Assembly (NCBI RefSeq): GCF_006345805.1
Contig: NC_043026.1
Coordinates: forward strand, 5,828,001 to 5,892,000
Reading direction: 5' to 3'
Length of the DNA stretch: 64,000 nucleotides
Source of the DNA: Octopus sinensis
Lineage: Eukaryota
The notes beneath the pieces were generated by a model. That model was not told the DNA's origin. It saw nothing but the letters and a program-made list of their open reading frames with translations, and searched no databases. Shown piece after piece: positions 1 through 12,823 of this stretch. Position 1 is the stretch's first letter, and each line of letters begins with the position of its first letter. The translations under genes and the position numbers were made by a program.

Positions 1-557
1 TGTAGTGGGTGCTTTTTACGTGCCACTGACACAGGTGCCAGACGAGGCTGGCGAACGGCCAATCTCGGATGGTACTTTTTACGTGCCACTGGCACGGGTG
101 CGAGACAAGCTTGGCAAAAGGCCACGATCGGATAGTGAGGTTTCCCAGACCCGATCAAACTGTCCAACCCGTGCTAGCAACGGGTGCCAGATGAGGCTGG
201 CAACGATCGGATGGTGAGGCTTCCCAGACCCCGGTCAAACTGTCCATCCCGTGCTAGCAACGGGTGCCAGACGAGGCTAGCAACGGGTGCCAGACGAGGC
301 TAGCAACGGTCGGATGGTGAGGCTTCCCAGACCCCAGTCAAACTGTTCAACCTGTGCTAGCAACGGGTGCCAGACGAGGCTGGCAACGGCCACGATCGGA
401 TGGTGAGGCTTCCCAGACCCCGGTCAAACTGTCCAACCCGTGCTAGCAACGGGTGCCAGACGAGGCTGGCAACGATCGGATGGTGAGGCTTCCCAGACCC
501 CAGTCAAACTGTCCAACCCGTGCTAGCAACGGGTGCCAGACGAGGCTGGCAACGATC
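1..557. repeat. ~80-bp tandem repeat built from RTE-tail SINE-like sequence, running into the assembly gap
   Basis: Unit GGGTGCCAGACGAGGCTGGCAACGATCGGATGGTGAGGCTTCCCAGACCCC(A/G)GTCAAACTGTCCAACCCGTGCTAGCAAC restarts at about 182, 262, 365, 451 and 531. Confidence 0.85.
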
Positions 558-657
558 NNNNNNNNNNNNNNNNNNNNNNNNNNNNNNNNNNNNNNNNNNN
601 NNNNNNNNNNNNNNNNNNNNNNNNNNNNNNNNNNNNNNNNNNNNNNNNNNNNNNNNN
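558..657. other. Assembly gap (100 N)
   Basis: Run of exactly 100 N, probably a nominal size. Confidence 1.
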
Positions 658-667
658 ATATATATAT

Positions 668-962
668 ATATATATATCACGTGACCGACCAGACCATCAG
701 ATGTTGTTACACATCGCTGGTCACAATGCGTTACATTGTTTTTTAGCCTTCGAATGACGCCACCTGCTGCTAAGCGAGCAGCCAACAGAAGAAAGGGTGG
801 GAGAAAGAGTGGTGAAAGAGTACAGCATGGCTCACACCCCTGCCGGAGCCTCGTGGAGCTTTTAGGTGTTTTCGCTCAATAACACAAACGCCTGGTCTGG
901 GAATCAAACTGCGATCCTAAACCGCGAGTCCGCTGCCCTAACCACTGGGCCATTGCACCTCC
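668..962 (-). mobile_element. tRNA-derived SINE, family C (tRNA-Arg-like head)
   Basis: Minus strand starts GGAGGTGCAATGGCCCAGTGGTTAGGGCAGCGGACTCGCGG with A-box and B-box-like motifs; homologous copies at 19805-20112 and 51146-51439, heads at 7167-7240 and 7305-7378. Confidence 0.8.
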
Positions 963-1884
963 TATATATTATTATATATATATATATATATATTAGATAC
1001 ATACACACACACACGCATACATAGATACATATACATGGCTGTGTGATAAGAAGCTTGTTTCTAACCACATGATTCCAGGTTCAGTCCCACGCATGGCACC
1101 TTGGCAAGTGTCTTCTATAGCCTCGGGTTGACCAAAGCCTTGTGAGTGGATTTGATAGATATAAACTGAAAGAAGTCCATTTGATTTATTTATTATATAT
1201 ATATATATATATTATATATATATATATATTATATATATATATATAGAAATGTATGCATGTATGTGTCCATGTTTGTGCCCCCACCACCACCACCAGCACT
1301 TGACAAACTAATGCTGGTGTGTTACGCCCTCGTAACTTAGCAGTTCAGCAAAATAGACCAATATAATAAGTACTGGGCTTACAAAGAATAAGTCCTAGGG
1401 TTGATTTCTTCAACTAAAACCATCTAAGGTGGTGCTCCAGCATAGCCGCAGTCAAATGACTTAAGTAAAAATAATATATGCGTGGCACCTAGGGCAAGTG
1501 TCTTCTATAGCCTACGGCCGACCAAAGCCTTGTGAGTGGATTTGGTAGACGGAAACTGAAAGAAGCCCGTCATATGTATGTGTGTAGATATGTTTGTGTG
1601 TCTGTGTCCCCCCAACATCGCTTGACAACCGATGCTGGTGTGTTTACGCCCTTGTAACTTAGCAGTTTGGCAAAATAGACCAATATAAGTACTAGGCTTA
1701 CAAAGAATAAGTCCTAGGGTCGATTTGCTCGAATAAAGGCGGTGCTCCATCATGGCCACAGTCAAATGATTGAAACAAGTAGAAGAATAAAGAGAAAGGG
1801 AGTCCTGTAAGTGAAGTGTTATTACAGGCATGTGCTCTTCCTGTTGCTAATTATTAAATGTTTTAACTAAGCCAGTGACATGCC

Positions 1885-2080
1885 GTGCCGGTGGCACGTA
1901 AAAAGCACCCACTACACTCTCGGAGTGGTTGGCGTTAGGAAGGGCATCCAGCTGTAGAAACTCTGCCAGATCAAGATTGGAGTCTGGTGCAGCCATCTGG
2001 TTCGCCAGCCCTCAGTCAAAATCGTCCAACCCATGCTAGCATGAAAAGCAGACATTAAACGATGAAGATGATGATCATGA
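1885..2080 (+). mobile_element. SINE-like family D with RTE-type 3' tail and (GAT)n end
   Basis: GCCGGTGGCACGTAAAAAGCACC...CCAACCCATGCTAGCATG...GACATTAAACGATGAAGATGATGAT; other copies at ~7790-7925 (-), 10617-10962, 14050-14165, 20445-20706, 62975-63135. RTE assignment is from recalled tail motifs. Confidence 0.65.
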
Positions 2081-2894
2081 TTTTCAAGTAAGGGACTTCT
2101 CATTTCATACATCCCCAAAGACACGAAATGAGTTACCCTGCTGCCTTCACAGGGTGACACACACATTTAACCAATACCTGTGCCAATTTTCATTGTCTAT
2201 GTCTAATTGTCTATTTCATTGTCTATGTCAAATAGCCATGAGGCCTCCTGTGTATAAATACAATAACCGTGTAGTTTGCTTTTGTTACTGGTCATGTATT
2301 TCATTTTTTGCTTTATCATTTTCTGTTTATTTTAACTGCTCAATCTACAAACCTCATCTCATTTTGTATTGATCTCATGCCTGCTCACATATCCTAACAG
2401 CATTTCGGTTGTCGACACCACAAAGATGAACAATCTTACTGAGAACGGTGTGAAATTGTAATGACTTTTGGTTGATTACTGATGAGGGGTGAGTGTGTCT
2501 GCATCTTGTGAATATTTTCCATGTGTTTCTTTGTCTTTCCGTGCAACTGTTATTCTTATTAGATACAGGTGTGTTTGTGTAATAAGAAGCTTGCCTTTTG
2601 GAACCCCGACTTGGAACAGCAGGATTGCCAGCGGGAGGCATACAGCCTGGTCGGGGAGGAAGGATTAAGGGGCCTTAGTGCCTCAATTTGAATTTGTATT
2701 GTTTGTATTTTTTTGGTAAGAGGCTCAGCGCCTCAACTCGTAAGGAAGATTGTGATCATTCTTTGAACTGAGGTAAAAGGTTCAATACCGGTTCTTTTGC
2801 CTCACTGCTCAGTTACAGGGATGTAAACACACCAACATTGGTTTGTCAAGTGGTGGGGGGGACAACAAACACAGACACACTGCATAGATATATA

Positions 2895-3156
2895 CAGTCA
2901 TATATATATACATATAATATATACATATATATATTATATATATATATAATATAATATACATATATTAATATATATATACATATATATATATATATCATAT
3001 ATATATATATATACACCATATATAGATATATACACATATATATATATATACACATATATATATATATATACCATATATATATATATATACATATATATAT
3101 ACAATATATATATATCTATACACACATATATATATATAACAACATATATATATTAT

Positions 3157-3207
<51 letters not shown>

Positions 3208-3322
3208 CATATATATATATCCATACATATATATATATACCTACATATATATATATATACATATATATATAACATATATATATATTACATATATATATAT
3301 ACATATATATAATATATATAAC

Positions 3323-3353
<31 letters not shown>

Positions 3354-3422
3354 CATATATATACCATAATTATATATATATATACATATATATTATATAT
3401 ATACATATTATATATATATATC

Positions 3423-3459
<37 letters not shown>

Positions 3460-3515
3460 CTATTATATATATATTATACATATATATATATATATACATA
3501 TCTATATATATATAA

Positions 3516-3549
<34 letters not shown>

Positions 3550-3680
3550 TACATAATTATATATATATACATATATATAATATAAATATACATATATATT
3601 ATATTACATATATTATATATATATACATATCTATTATATTATATACATATATCTATATATATACATATATATCTATATAC

Positions 3681-3730
<50 letters not shown>

Positions 3731-3752
3731 CACATATATATATATATTACAC

Positions 3753-3786
<34 letters not shown>

Positions 3787-3839
3787 TATACATATACAAT
3801 ATGTATTATATATATATCATATATATATATATATATAGC

Positions 3840-3872
<33 letters not shown>

Positions 3873-3900
3873 CATATTATGGTATATATTATTAGATAAT
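2895..3900. repeat. ~1-kb imperfect (TA)n/(TACA)n microsatellite field
   Basis: Direct reading; source of the Y/I-rich ORFs. Similar fields at 44480-45310, 53740-54310, 61230-61420 and 63510-63690. Confidence 0.95.
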
Positions 3901-3911
3901 ATATACAGGAA

Positions 3912-4141
3912 GGTGGCGAGCTGCAGAAACGTTAGCACACCGGGCGAAATGCATAGCGTATTTCGTCTGCCGTCAACGTTCTCTAGTTCAAATTCCGCCG
4001 AGGTCGACTTGCCTTTCATCCTTTTGGGGTCGATAAATTAAGTACCAGTTACGCACTGGGGTCGATGTAATCGACTTGATCCGTTTGTCTGTCCTTGTTT
4101 GTCCCTTCTATGTTTAGCCCCCTGTGGGTAGTAAAGAAATA
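3912..4141 (+). mobile_element. tRNA-derived SINE, family B
   Basis: GGCGAGCTGCAGAAACGTTAGC...GAGGTCGACTTGCCTTTCATCC...GTGGGTAGTAAAGAAATA; other copies at 4364-4591 (-), 16127-16505 (dimer), 16705-16932 (-), 24450-24675 (-), 26850-27269 (dimer), 42010-42431 (-, dimer). Confidence 0.85.
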
Positions 4142-4867
4142 CATATATATATATATATATATATATACATACACACACACACACATAACGAACTTCTTTC
4201 AGTTTCCATCTAGCAAATCCACTCACAAGGCCTTGGTAGGCCTGAGGCTGTAGATGTCATTTGCCCAAGGTGCCACGCAGTGAGATTGAACCCAGAACTA
4301 TGTAATGAGAAGAAAGCTTCTTACTGCACAGCCACACCTCTTTATCATATATATATATATATAATTTCTTTACTACCCACAAGGGGCTAAACACAGAGGG
4401 ACAAACAGGACAGACAAAGGATTAAGTCGACTACATCGACCCCAGTGCGTAACTGGTACTTAATTTATCGACCCCGAAAGGATGAAAGGCAAAGGCGACC
4501 TCGGCGGAATTTGAACTCGGAACGTAACGACAGACGAAATACGGCTACGAATTTCGCCCGGCGTGGCTAACGTTTCTACCAGCTCGCCGCCTTGTATATA
4601 TAATATATATATATATATATATTATATAAATATACAAAAAAATTTTTTACTTATAATCTAACACTGTTATAAACACACACACACACACACACCATGTGAG
4701 TCCAAAAAAAAAAGTAAAATTTATTTGCATAAAACTAAAGCAAAACTTAAGTGCTCAGTGACACACATACAAAGAATTGAAGGATTCCAGAGCTGTGACT
4801 GTTGTCAATGGAATTAAAAGAAAAAACGAGTTATTTCACACAAAGCAGATATGGAAAAGTCATTATC

Positions 4868-4902
<35 letters not shown>

Positions 4903-5044
4903 TATACATATATATATATATATCTTTTTTTTTCTTTTCTTTTACTTGTTTCAGTCATTTGACTGTGGCCATGCTGGAGCACCGCCTTTAGTCGAGCAAA
5001 TCAACCCCAGGACTTATTCTTTGTAAGCCCAGTACTTATTCTAT

Positions 5045-5434
5045 CGGTCTCTTTTACTTGTTTCAGTCATTTGACTGCGGCCATGCTGGAGCACCGCCCT
5101 TAATCGAGCAACTTGACCCCGGGACTTATTCTTTTGTAAGCCCAGTACTTATTCTATCGGTCTCTTTTACCGAACCGCTAAGTGACGGGGACCTAAACAC
5201 ACCAGCATCAGTTGTCAAGCAATGCTAGGGGGACAAACACAGTCACACAAACACACACATATATATATATACGACAGGCTTCCTTCAGTTTCCGTCTACC
5301 AAATCCACTCACAAGGCTTTGGTCAGCCTGAGACTATAGTAGAATACACTTGCCCAAGGTGCCACGCAGTGGGACTGAACCCGGAACCATGTGGTTGGTA
5401 AACAAGCTACTTACCACACAGCCACTCCTGTGCC
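5045..5434 (-). mobile_element. tRNA-derived SINE, family A (dominant family), near full length
   Basis: Matches the window consensus GGCGCAGGAGTGGCTGTGTGGTAAG...CCTTGGGCAAGTGTC...(TA)n(TG)n...GGCCGCAGTCAAATGACTGAAACAAGTAAAAGA; more than 25 full or partial copies in the window. Confidence 0.9.
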
Positions 5435-5859
5435 TATATATATAGTAACAACAGCCACAAAATTAATAGTAAGAACATACACAATGAAAGCAACAACACT
5501 GATGTCTGTTTAACATCTGTTTTTCCATGCTAGCATGGGTCGGATGGGCTAGTACTCGAGGCAGAATCTTCCTGACTGGGTGCTTTTCCTGCTGCTCACC
5601 TTTACCAGTTTTCAAGTAAGGGGATTTTAAGTACAGAACAGAGACTGTCGATACATGTCACCAGTTGCAGCCCAGCCGTAAACAGGGATTTCACGGTGCG
5701 TAACATGACTCACAACAGATGGTATATGCCTGCACAGACACACACCATACAACAAGCTTCTCTTCAGTTTATGCCTTATCAAATTTCTATGTAAAACATT
5801 AAAACATTCACTTGCTTTATAGAAAGACAATAATCTGCACTGGTATGATTATTTACTGG

Positions 5860-6025
5860 GGAGAGAGAGGCAAGCAGGCAGAGAGACAGAGAGAGAGCGA
5901 CAGAGAGAGAAACAGAATGACAGAGAGTAACAGAGAGAGAGAGAGTGACAGAGAGAGTAACAGAGAGAGAGTGTGACAGAGAGAGAGAGAGCGACAGAGT
6001 GACACAGAGAGAGAGTGACAGTAAC
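5860..6025. repeat. (GA)n-derived short minisatellite (GACAGAGAGAGA(G/T) units)
   Basis: Direct reading. Confidence 0.8.
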
Positions 6026-7424
6026 AGCATCGGTTGTCAAGGGATGTTAGGGGGGGACAAACACAGACACACAAACATACGTATAGATATACATATACAT
6101 ATATATGACAGGCTTTCTTTCAATTTCCGTCTAGCAAATCCACACACAAGGCTTTGGTCGGCCCGAGGCTAGAGTAGAAGACAATTGCCCAAAGTGCCAT
6201 GCAGTGGGACTGAACCTGGAACCATGTGGTTGGTAAGCAAGCTACTTACCACACGCGCAAGGAATGGTTCCTGTCTGTCTACATATTTGTTGAGTTGCTG
6301 CCAGACAAAACTGTTTGTTTTGTGATCTGTGTAAGGGATGACTTGCAGCCTTCTGAAACCTTTGCATGCAGCAACAACTACAAGTTTTCTACACAAAAAA
6401 AAAACAAAGAAAAAAAACCTTGCCCAGGACTGTGCACACAGCTGCAGATAAAAGGTGACAACTGCTGCTAAATGGTGATGAATGGTTTTAATTTAGAGCA
6501 AAGAATCCCTTCAGCATTTTAACTGCAGACTAGCACTATGACCCGGCAACACCGGTTCATAGTGCTAGTGCATGCATATACAGCTGCGTGCGTGCGCACA
6601 TACACGCGAGTGCTGTCCAAATCTCCGACCAATCACATACAGCTAGCTGGCATTCAATTGGCATATCAAGTTTCAGGCATTTTGATTGGGTTTTGGATAG
6701 AAAATTCACAAAAAAGTCATTTCTATTGATTTTTTAATGGCTTTGCAGGGTGACTGGGGAAATGTAAAGATGTGCACGACCACCCTTGGACGGTTTTGAA
6801 TGACCATAGAAAGTGCGAGCCCTCTAACTGAAAAATTGTGGATTTGTATAAAGGACACACATGCAGACATTTTGCCGTTTATATATAGTGATAGAAATGG
6901 TGACTAGGTCGTGGCATTCTGTTTTTTACGACGAGGGTTCCAGTTGATCCGATCAATGGAACAGCCTGTTTGTGAAATTAATGTACAAATGGCTGAGCAC
7001 TCCACAGACACGTGTACCCTTAACGTAGTTCTCGGGGAGATTCAGCATGACACAGAGTGTGACAAAGCTGGCCCTTTGAATTACAGGTACAACAGAAACA
7101 AGAAGAAAGAGAGAAAGTTGTGATGAAAGAGCTTTAGGTGTTTTCGTTCAATAAACACACAACGCTCGGTCTGGGAATCGAAACTGCGATCCTGCGACCA
7201 CAAGTCTGCTGCTCTAACCACTGGGCCATTGCACCTCCACGGTGACTAGATAGACAGGACTAAATGTGGCATAAGTGTGTATAATGCTGGACAGAGTGTG
7301 AGAATCGGTCTGGGAATCGAAACTGTGATCCTGTGACTACAAGCCCACTGCCCTAACCACTGGACCACTGCACATCCACGGTGACTAGATAGACAGGACT
7401 AAATGTGGTATAAGTGCGTATAAT

Positions 7425-7700
7425 GCCGGACAGAGTGTGAGACGACTGTTGTTATTGTTGGGCCTAACTCATCATAAAGTAAATACCACCATGACCGATA
7501 TCCAAACTATAGTGGAAAAGGCTAGCCACTGGATTTGGTTAAAAAGAGACAATGAGTGATGGCTAGAAGCATATTGAGCTTATTGGATAACCAGCTGATC
7601 TAGCAAGCAGGGCCTCATATCAGTGAGGGCGGTGTAGTGTGCATTGATGCCGTCGAGAGGTAGGTTCTGAAACGGCACGCTTTCTCTCCTGATGACCCCA
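7425..7700 (+). pseudogene. 3' end of a Hero/NeSL-like (RLE-endonuclease) non-LTR retrotransposon
   Basis: 7425-7559 translates AGQSVRRLLLLLGLTHHKVNTTMTDIQTIVEKASHWIWLKRDNE*W, resembling the (A)E(K/R)AS.W.W.KR terminus I recall for Hero-type ORFs; followed by a UTR-like tract. Confidence 0.6.
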
Positions 7701-7931
7701 TACAATTGCTGGCTTCTGGTATGCGGAGCTCTCGACTGGTAGCACTTGCATGTGCAAGATTGCAGAGGACTGTATGGCGGATAGTCAGTGTATCATCATC
7801 ATCATCATCGTTTAACGTCCACTTTCCATGCAAGCATGGGTTGGACGATTCAACTGAGGTCTGGTGAACCAGATGGCTGCACCAGACTCCAATCTTGATC
7901 TGGCAGAGTTTCTACAGCCGGATGCCAGACT

Positions 7932-8161
7932 TTAACCCTTTAGCATTTAAACCGGCCAAATCCGGCCAAAAGTATTCTGCCTGTTTTATGGTCGAACTGG
8001 CCAGATCTGGTCTCTCACACCAACCCTACAATATCGTTTTAAAAATTAACAGCTACCTCATCAAAATCTCATAGGTACAAGATAATGCATGATTAGTTCA
8101 AAACAATGTGGATAAAAAAAGGATTAATTTTGGCAGAATAATGCGAATACTAAAGGGTTAA
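7932..8161. mobile_element. piggyBac-type MITE
   Basis: TTAA|CCCTTTAGCATT...TACTAAAGGG|TTAA: TTAA flanks and CCC/GGG termini. Confidence 0.75.
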
Positions 8162-8388
8162 ATGTGTAGTAGGCATAAGATGCCATAGTGCTTCTTATCT
8201 TTTAGTTCTTTCAGCCACTGGACTGTGGCCAAGCTGTAGCATCACCTTGAAGGATTTAGGCAAAGCAATAGCAGTACTTATTTATCAAGTCTGGTATTTA
8301 TTCAATTCAGCTCTTTTGCAGAACTGCTGAAGTGGACATAAATAAACTATTTGTCAAGTGAGGGTGGGGCAAAACAGTTACAGAGCCA

Positions 8389-8795
8389 GGTGCAGGAGTG
8401 GCTGTGAGGTAAGTAGCTTGCTTACCAACCACATGGTTCCGGCTTCAGTCCCACTGCGTGGCACCTTGGGCAAGTGTCTTCTACTATAGCCTCGGGCCGA
8501 CCAAAGCCTTGTGAGCGGATTTGGTAGACGGAAACTGAAAGAAGCCCGTCGTATATATGTATCTATATATGTGTGTGTGTTTGTGTGTCTGTGTTTGTCC
8601 CCCTAGCATTGCTTGACAACCGATGCTGGTGTGTTTACGTCCCTGTTACTTAGCGGTTTGGCAAAAGAGAACCGATAGAATAAGTACTGGGCTTACAAAA
8701 GAATAAGTCCCGGGGTCGAGTTTGCTCGATTAAAAAGGCGGTGCTCCAGCATGGCCGCAGTCAAATGACTGAAACATGTAAAAGAGTAAAAGAAA
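8389..8795 (+). mobile_element. SINE family A, full length
   Basis: Colinear with the family consensus. Confidence 0.9.
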
Positions 8796-9167
8796 GAAAG
8801 AAAGAAAAAGACACACATACAAGCTTCCACACAGTTTCCGTTTACCATATTCACTTGCAAGATTTGTTTGTTTTTTTTTTTGCCTTTGCTTTGTTATTTT
8901 TTTTTTCCATGGAAGCACATGACAGGGTGATTCGCAATGACGTTAATTTTACAGCAAGTGCACTTTTACAGCCTATAACGCTAAAGTTCAAAGGTCACTA
9001 CCAAATCTGCATTTTGTATCATTTACAATACATAAGCTCTTCAAGTTGCATTTTAGTTAGCAATTAAGGCAGCGAATTGACAGTCTCGTTAGAAAGTGAG
9101 ACAGAATGCCTTGCAGAATTTGTTCCATTTCTCTGCATTCCAAGTTCAAATTCCACTGAGGTCAATT

Positions 9168-9802
9168 GGATCTTCACCTTTTGACCTACAGATTTTGAAA
9201 AATAATTTTTTGTAACTAAACACTTTCAAACTTCGGACACTGGTAGAATGTGTCATATAAAGCATCATTTACTCTTAGCATTTTGGAGAAAAACTTATAT
9301 TTACGAAGTTATTTCACGTTAAAGGTTCTCGTATTTCGATAATTTCAACCAATCAATGACGTGTATTCAGCTGAATTAAATAACTGTTGTTGTTTGTCAA
9401 CAACAACAATCGGTGGTGTATATTTCGTTTGTCACTTTATGACATCGTTCGTGCGTATGTACTGGGTTTAAGATTTTAGGGTTAGGGCTAGGATTTTAGG
9501 GTCAAGGTTTTAGAGTTAGGGTTGTCATAAATAACAATGACAAACGAAATACACACCACCGGAAGTTGTTGTTGACAAACAAGAGCAGTAATTTTATTCA
9601 GCTGAATACACGTCACTGATTGGTTGAAATTACTGAAATAGGACAACTTTAACGTGAAAGAACTTCGTAAATGTGAGTTTTTCTCAAAAGTGCTAAGAGT
9701 AAAAGATGTTTTATATGACGCATTCTGCCAGTGTCTGAAGTTTGAAAGTGTTTTGTTACAAAAAATTATTTTTTTAATCTGTAGGTCAAAAGGTAAAGAT
9801 CC
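9168..9802. mobile_element. Foldback MITE (GGATC-terminus family) with ~275-bp inverted arms
   Basis: Arms 9168-9443 and 9524-9802; termini GGATCTT...AAGATCC; inserted in a decayed family-B SINE; TTAGGG-like core. Confidence 0.85.
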
Positions 9803-9916
9803 GTTAATTTACCCTTTCATCTTTTCAGTGTCAATAATGTACCGGACAAGTACAGAGATCAATACCTCTATCTTTCACTTTCTTTTATTCTGGACTAGCT
9901 TAACCCTTTTGTTACC

Positions 9917-9961
9917 AACCCTGATGAAAGCTGGAGAGTATATCAGCCGAAATGTTGTGTT
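9917..9961 (+). ncRNA. Degenerate minimal hammerhead-like motif
   Basis: AACC-CTGATGA-A-AGCTG...CAGCC-GAAA-T-GTT-GTGTT; stems I and III imperfect. Confidence 0.35.
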
Positions 9962-11633
9962 AATAACAAAACAAGATGAGGAGAAATATCCATCAAATGT
10001 AAATAATGTACATAATTCCTCATCTCTTAAATATAGAACTGTTATACTTTTATATATTATTTTTATATTTCCTAACACTCCATTTATTTTTCTGCTTATA
10101 CACACAGGAGCAAGAAAGGCTAAGGTAGTAAACTCTTAAAGAGACTTCCATCCATCAGGTCCTCAGGTGGCAGATAAGGGAGAGGTCTCCAGATATGAAG
10201 GTTAGCTGTGATTATAACATACTTAGAGGACTCAGTCTCAGTGATAAAGAATCCCAGAAAGTTGGTATGCAGTGGAGGCAACCTTCATCAAACTGATTCA
10301 TTGATCCAAGCATCAAAAGAGACCCTGTCTCTATTAATGAGGAGATGCAACCTGCAGGAAGAGTATACAACCTATGCCTGTATGAAGCAACTGAAAGGCT
10401 AAAATGACAAGGTTTATGAGCTGCATTAGGGTTCAAACCCTTAATCTACGAGGTGTTGTTGATGCACACCAGAATTTATCCAACACTTGTGATGCTGCAT
10501 CTTCAAAACCTGATAGGAGAGATGTGGCTAATGGCATCATTTAACCACCAAGAAGAGATTGAACAAAAGCTCACTAATAAATAATTAATCAATTATTAAA
10601 CACCATCTGAACGTGGCCAATGCCAGCGCCACCTAGACTGGCTTCCGTGCCGGTGGCACGTAAAAAGCACCATCCGAATCGTGGCCAATGCCAGTGCCAC
10701 CTTAACTGGCTTCCGTGCCGGTGGCACGTAAAATGCACCAATCCGATCGTAGCTGTTGCCAGCCTCGCCTGGTACCTGTGTTGGTGGCACGTAAAAAGTA
10801 CCCACTACACTCATGGAGTGGTTGGCGTTAGGAAGGGCATCCAGCTGTAGAAACACTGCCAGACTGGAGAACTGGTGCAGCCTTCTGGCTACCCAGATCC
10901 CCGGTTGAACCGTCCAACCCATGCTAGCATGGAGAATGGACGTTAAACGATGATGATGATGATGAATTAACAAGAGAGGAATCACTGGAAGGTGGGGGGG
11001 CATTCTATAGTGAGAGGCATGGGTAAAGGTCAAAGCAATTTGTCTTGCAATCACGGGGTCTTGGATTTGAACTTAAAACGACACATCCTGGACAAGTTTT
11101 CCCCCGTCATTTGGGGGAAGGGGCAAAACCCTGAACTGACACAAACCTTATGAATGAAACTAGATAGGCAAAAACTGAGTGGAAACCCATCAAATATACT
11201 GTGACCAGTAATCCAAAGACCCAGTCTTGTCTCACACACACACACATACACATTGATTCCGTCTTAAGATTACATTAAACTTGTGTTAAGATGCACAATC
11301 TTTGTTTTAATTCATTTGGCAAATAACGAAGAATTCATTAAAAGAACAGTCATTATTAATAAGCTGGTGTCTGGAACATACATTAGCATGAAATTTTAAC
11401 GAGCGGTTTTAATTTGGAGCACTTTATCCCTTTAGCATTATAACCATAAATATCCTGGCTTATAGGTGTAGGAGTGGCTGTGTGGTAAGTAGCTTGCTTA
11501 CCAACCACATGGTTCCGGGTTCAGTCCCACTGCGTGACATCTTGGGCAAGTGTCTTCTACTATAGCCTCGGGCTGACCAAAGCCTTGTGAGTGGATTTGG
11601 TAGATGGAAACTGAAAGAAGCCCGTCGTATATA

Positions 11634-11668
<35 letters not shown>

Positions 11669-11834
11669 GCGTGTGTGTGTTTGTGTTTGCCCCCCCCCCC
11701 TAGCATTGCGTGACAACTGATGCTGGTGTGTTTATGTCCCCGTTACTTAGCGGTTCAGCAAAAGAGACCGATAGAATAAGTACTGGGCTTACAAAAGAAT
11801 AAGTCCCGGGGTCGATTTGATTTATTGATCAACA

Positions 11835-11905
11835 TTAGGTGAGTCATGGACAATATATCAGAGGAGGTGGCAAGGAAGGGTTGTCCATGGTTGATTTATA
11901 TTATA
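11835..11905 (+). pseudogene. Possible tiny RTE-like reverse-transcriptase remnant
   Basis: MDNISEEVARKGCPWLIY resembles the segment preceding YADD in RTE-clade RTs; very short, and YADD itself is absent. Confidence 0.3.
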
Positions 11906-12823
11906 CATTGAGGGAGAAAGTTAATGGGGGCCTGTAAAGATATGCAGATCAAGGAGAAGCATAGTCAGTGTTGTGTTGCTTCTACCGGCAGATTAACATT
12001 AAGGTTACCAGTGTGTGGGGTACTCGGCCACTTGTAAAAGATGACTGTACCTGCAAGTCATAGGACCAACCCTGTTGTAGTCAAAGTAAGAGGATTGTGT
12101 TCAATGTATGTGTGTATGCATGGTATGCAAGTGTGTGTGTATAATATACAAGTATGTGTGTGCATGAGAGGTATCAAAGCATGTGTGTGTGTGTGTGAAG
12201 TAGACAAGCATGTGTGTGTGTGTGTGAAGTAGACAAGCATGTGTGTGTGTGTGTGTGTGAAGTATACAAGCATGTGTGTGCGTGTGCTGGGCATGACATT
12301 AAATGGCACCTGGTGGTGACACCCTGGTGTGGATCTTCTTAGGTTTTGAGGAATGCAGAACCACCCTTTAGTCACTATTGTTCCAAGATCTCAATTGGAG
12401 TAGTAACATCTGTCAAGGACCCAGATCTGGGTCAGTTAGCAGATTAGGGCTTGCCTATCTATGCATGTAAAGACCGGATCTGCCGGACTCGGCAAGAAAC
12501 CCTCAAGGTTCAAGAGAGAGGAATGTGGCTGCAGTCACACACTCTTAAGAGCAGAGGACAAGATAGTCACCACACAAGTCATCAGTCATTCTGATAGTTG
12601 CTGCTCAATCATGCTGGTCTAAGGTTCAGTCCCACTGCATGGTAGCTTGGGCAAGTGTATTCTACTAAAGCTTCAAGCTGACCAAAGCCTTGCAAGTGGA
12701 TCTGGTGGACGGAAACCAAAAGAAGCCTGCTATACACATGTGTCTATCTTGGCATCACATCATCATCATCTAGTGTCTGCCTTCCAAACTGGTATGGGTT
12801 AAATGGTTTGACTGAAACTGGTA

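Noticed and set aside
2401-2488. AG...GTGAGT-bounded exon-like segment on the plus strand
   Set aside because: Stops in all three frames and no recognisable product
2846-3499. Y/I/M/C-rich ORFs here and at 44 kb, 52-54 kb and 59-63 kb, including the 328-aa ORF at 51897
   Set aside because: Translations of (TA)n, (TACA)n, (CA)n and (GATA)n microsatellites
6255-6388. Strong minus-strand acceptor followed by open frames
   Set aside because: Neither open frame resembles Rab10 or any protein I recognise; no good donor
8995-9030. KMQIW followed by GT, resembling the end of Rab10 exon 2
   Set aside because: In-frame stop just upstream and no IDFKIK segment
10150-10520. Possible LINE 5' region with an endonuclease-like IRVQTLNLRG
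   Set aside because: Only one short motif; downstream catalytic motifs not recognisable
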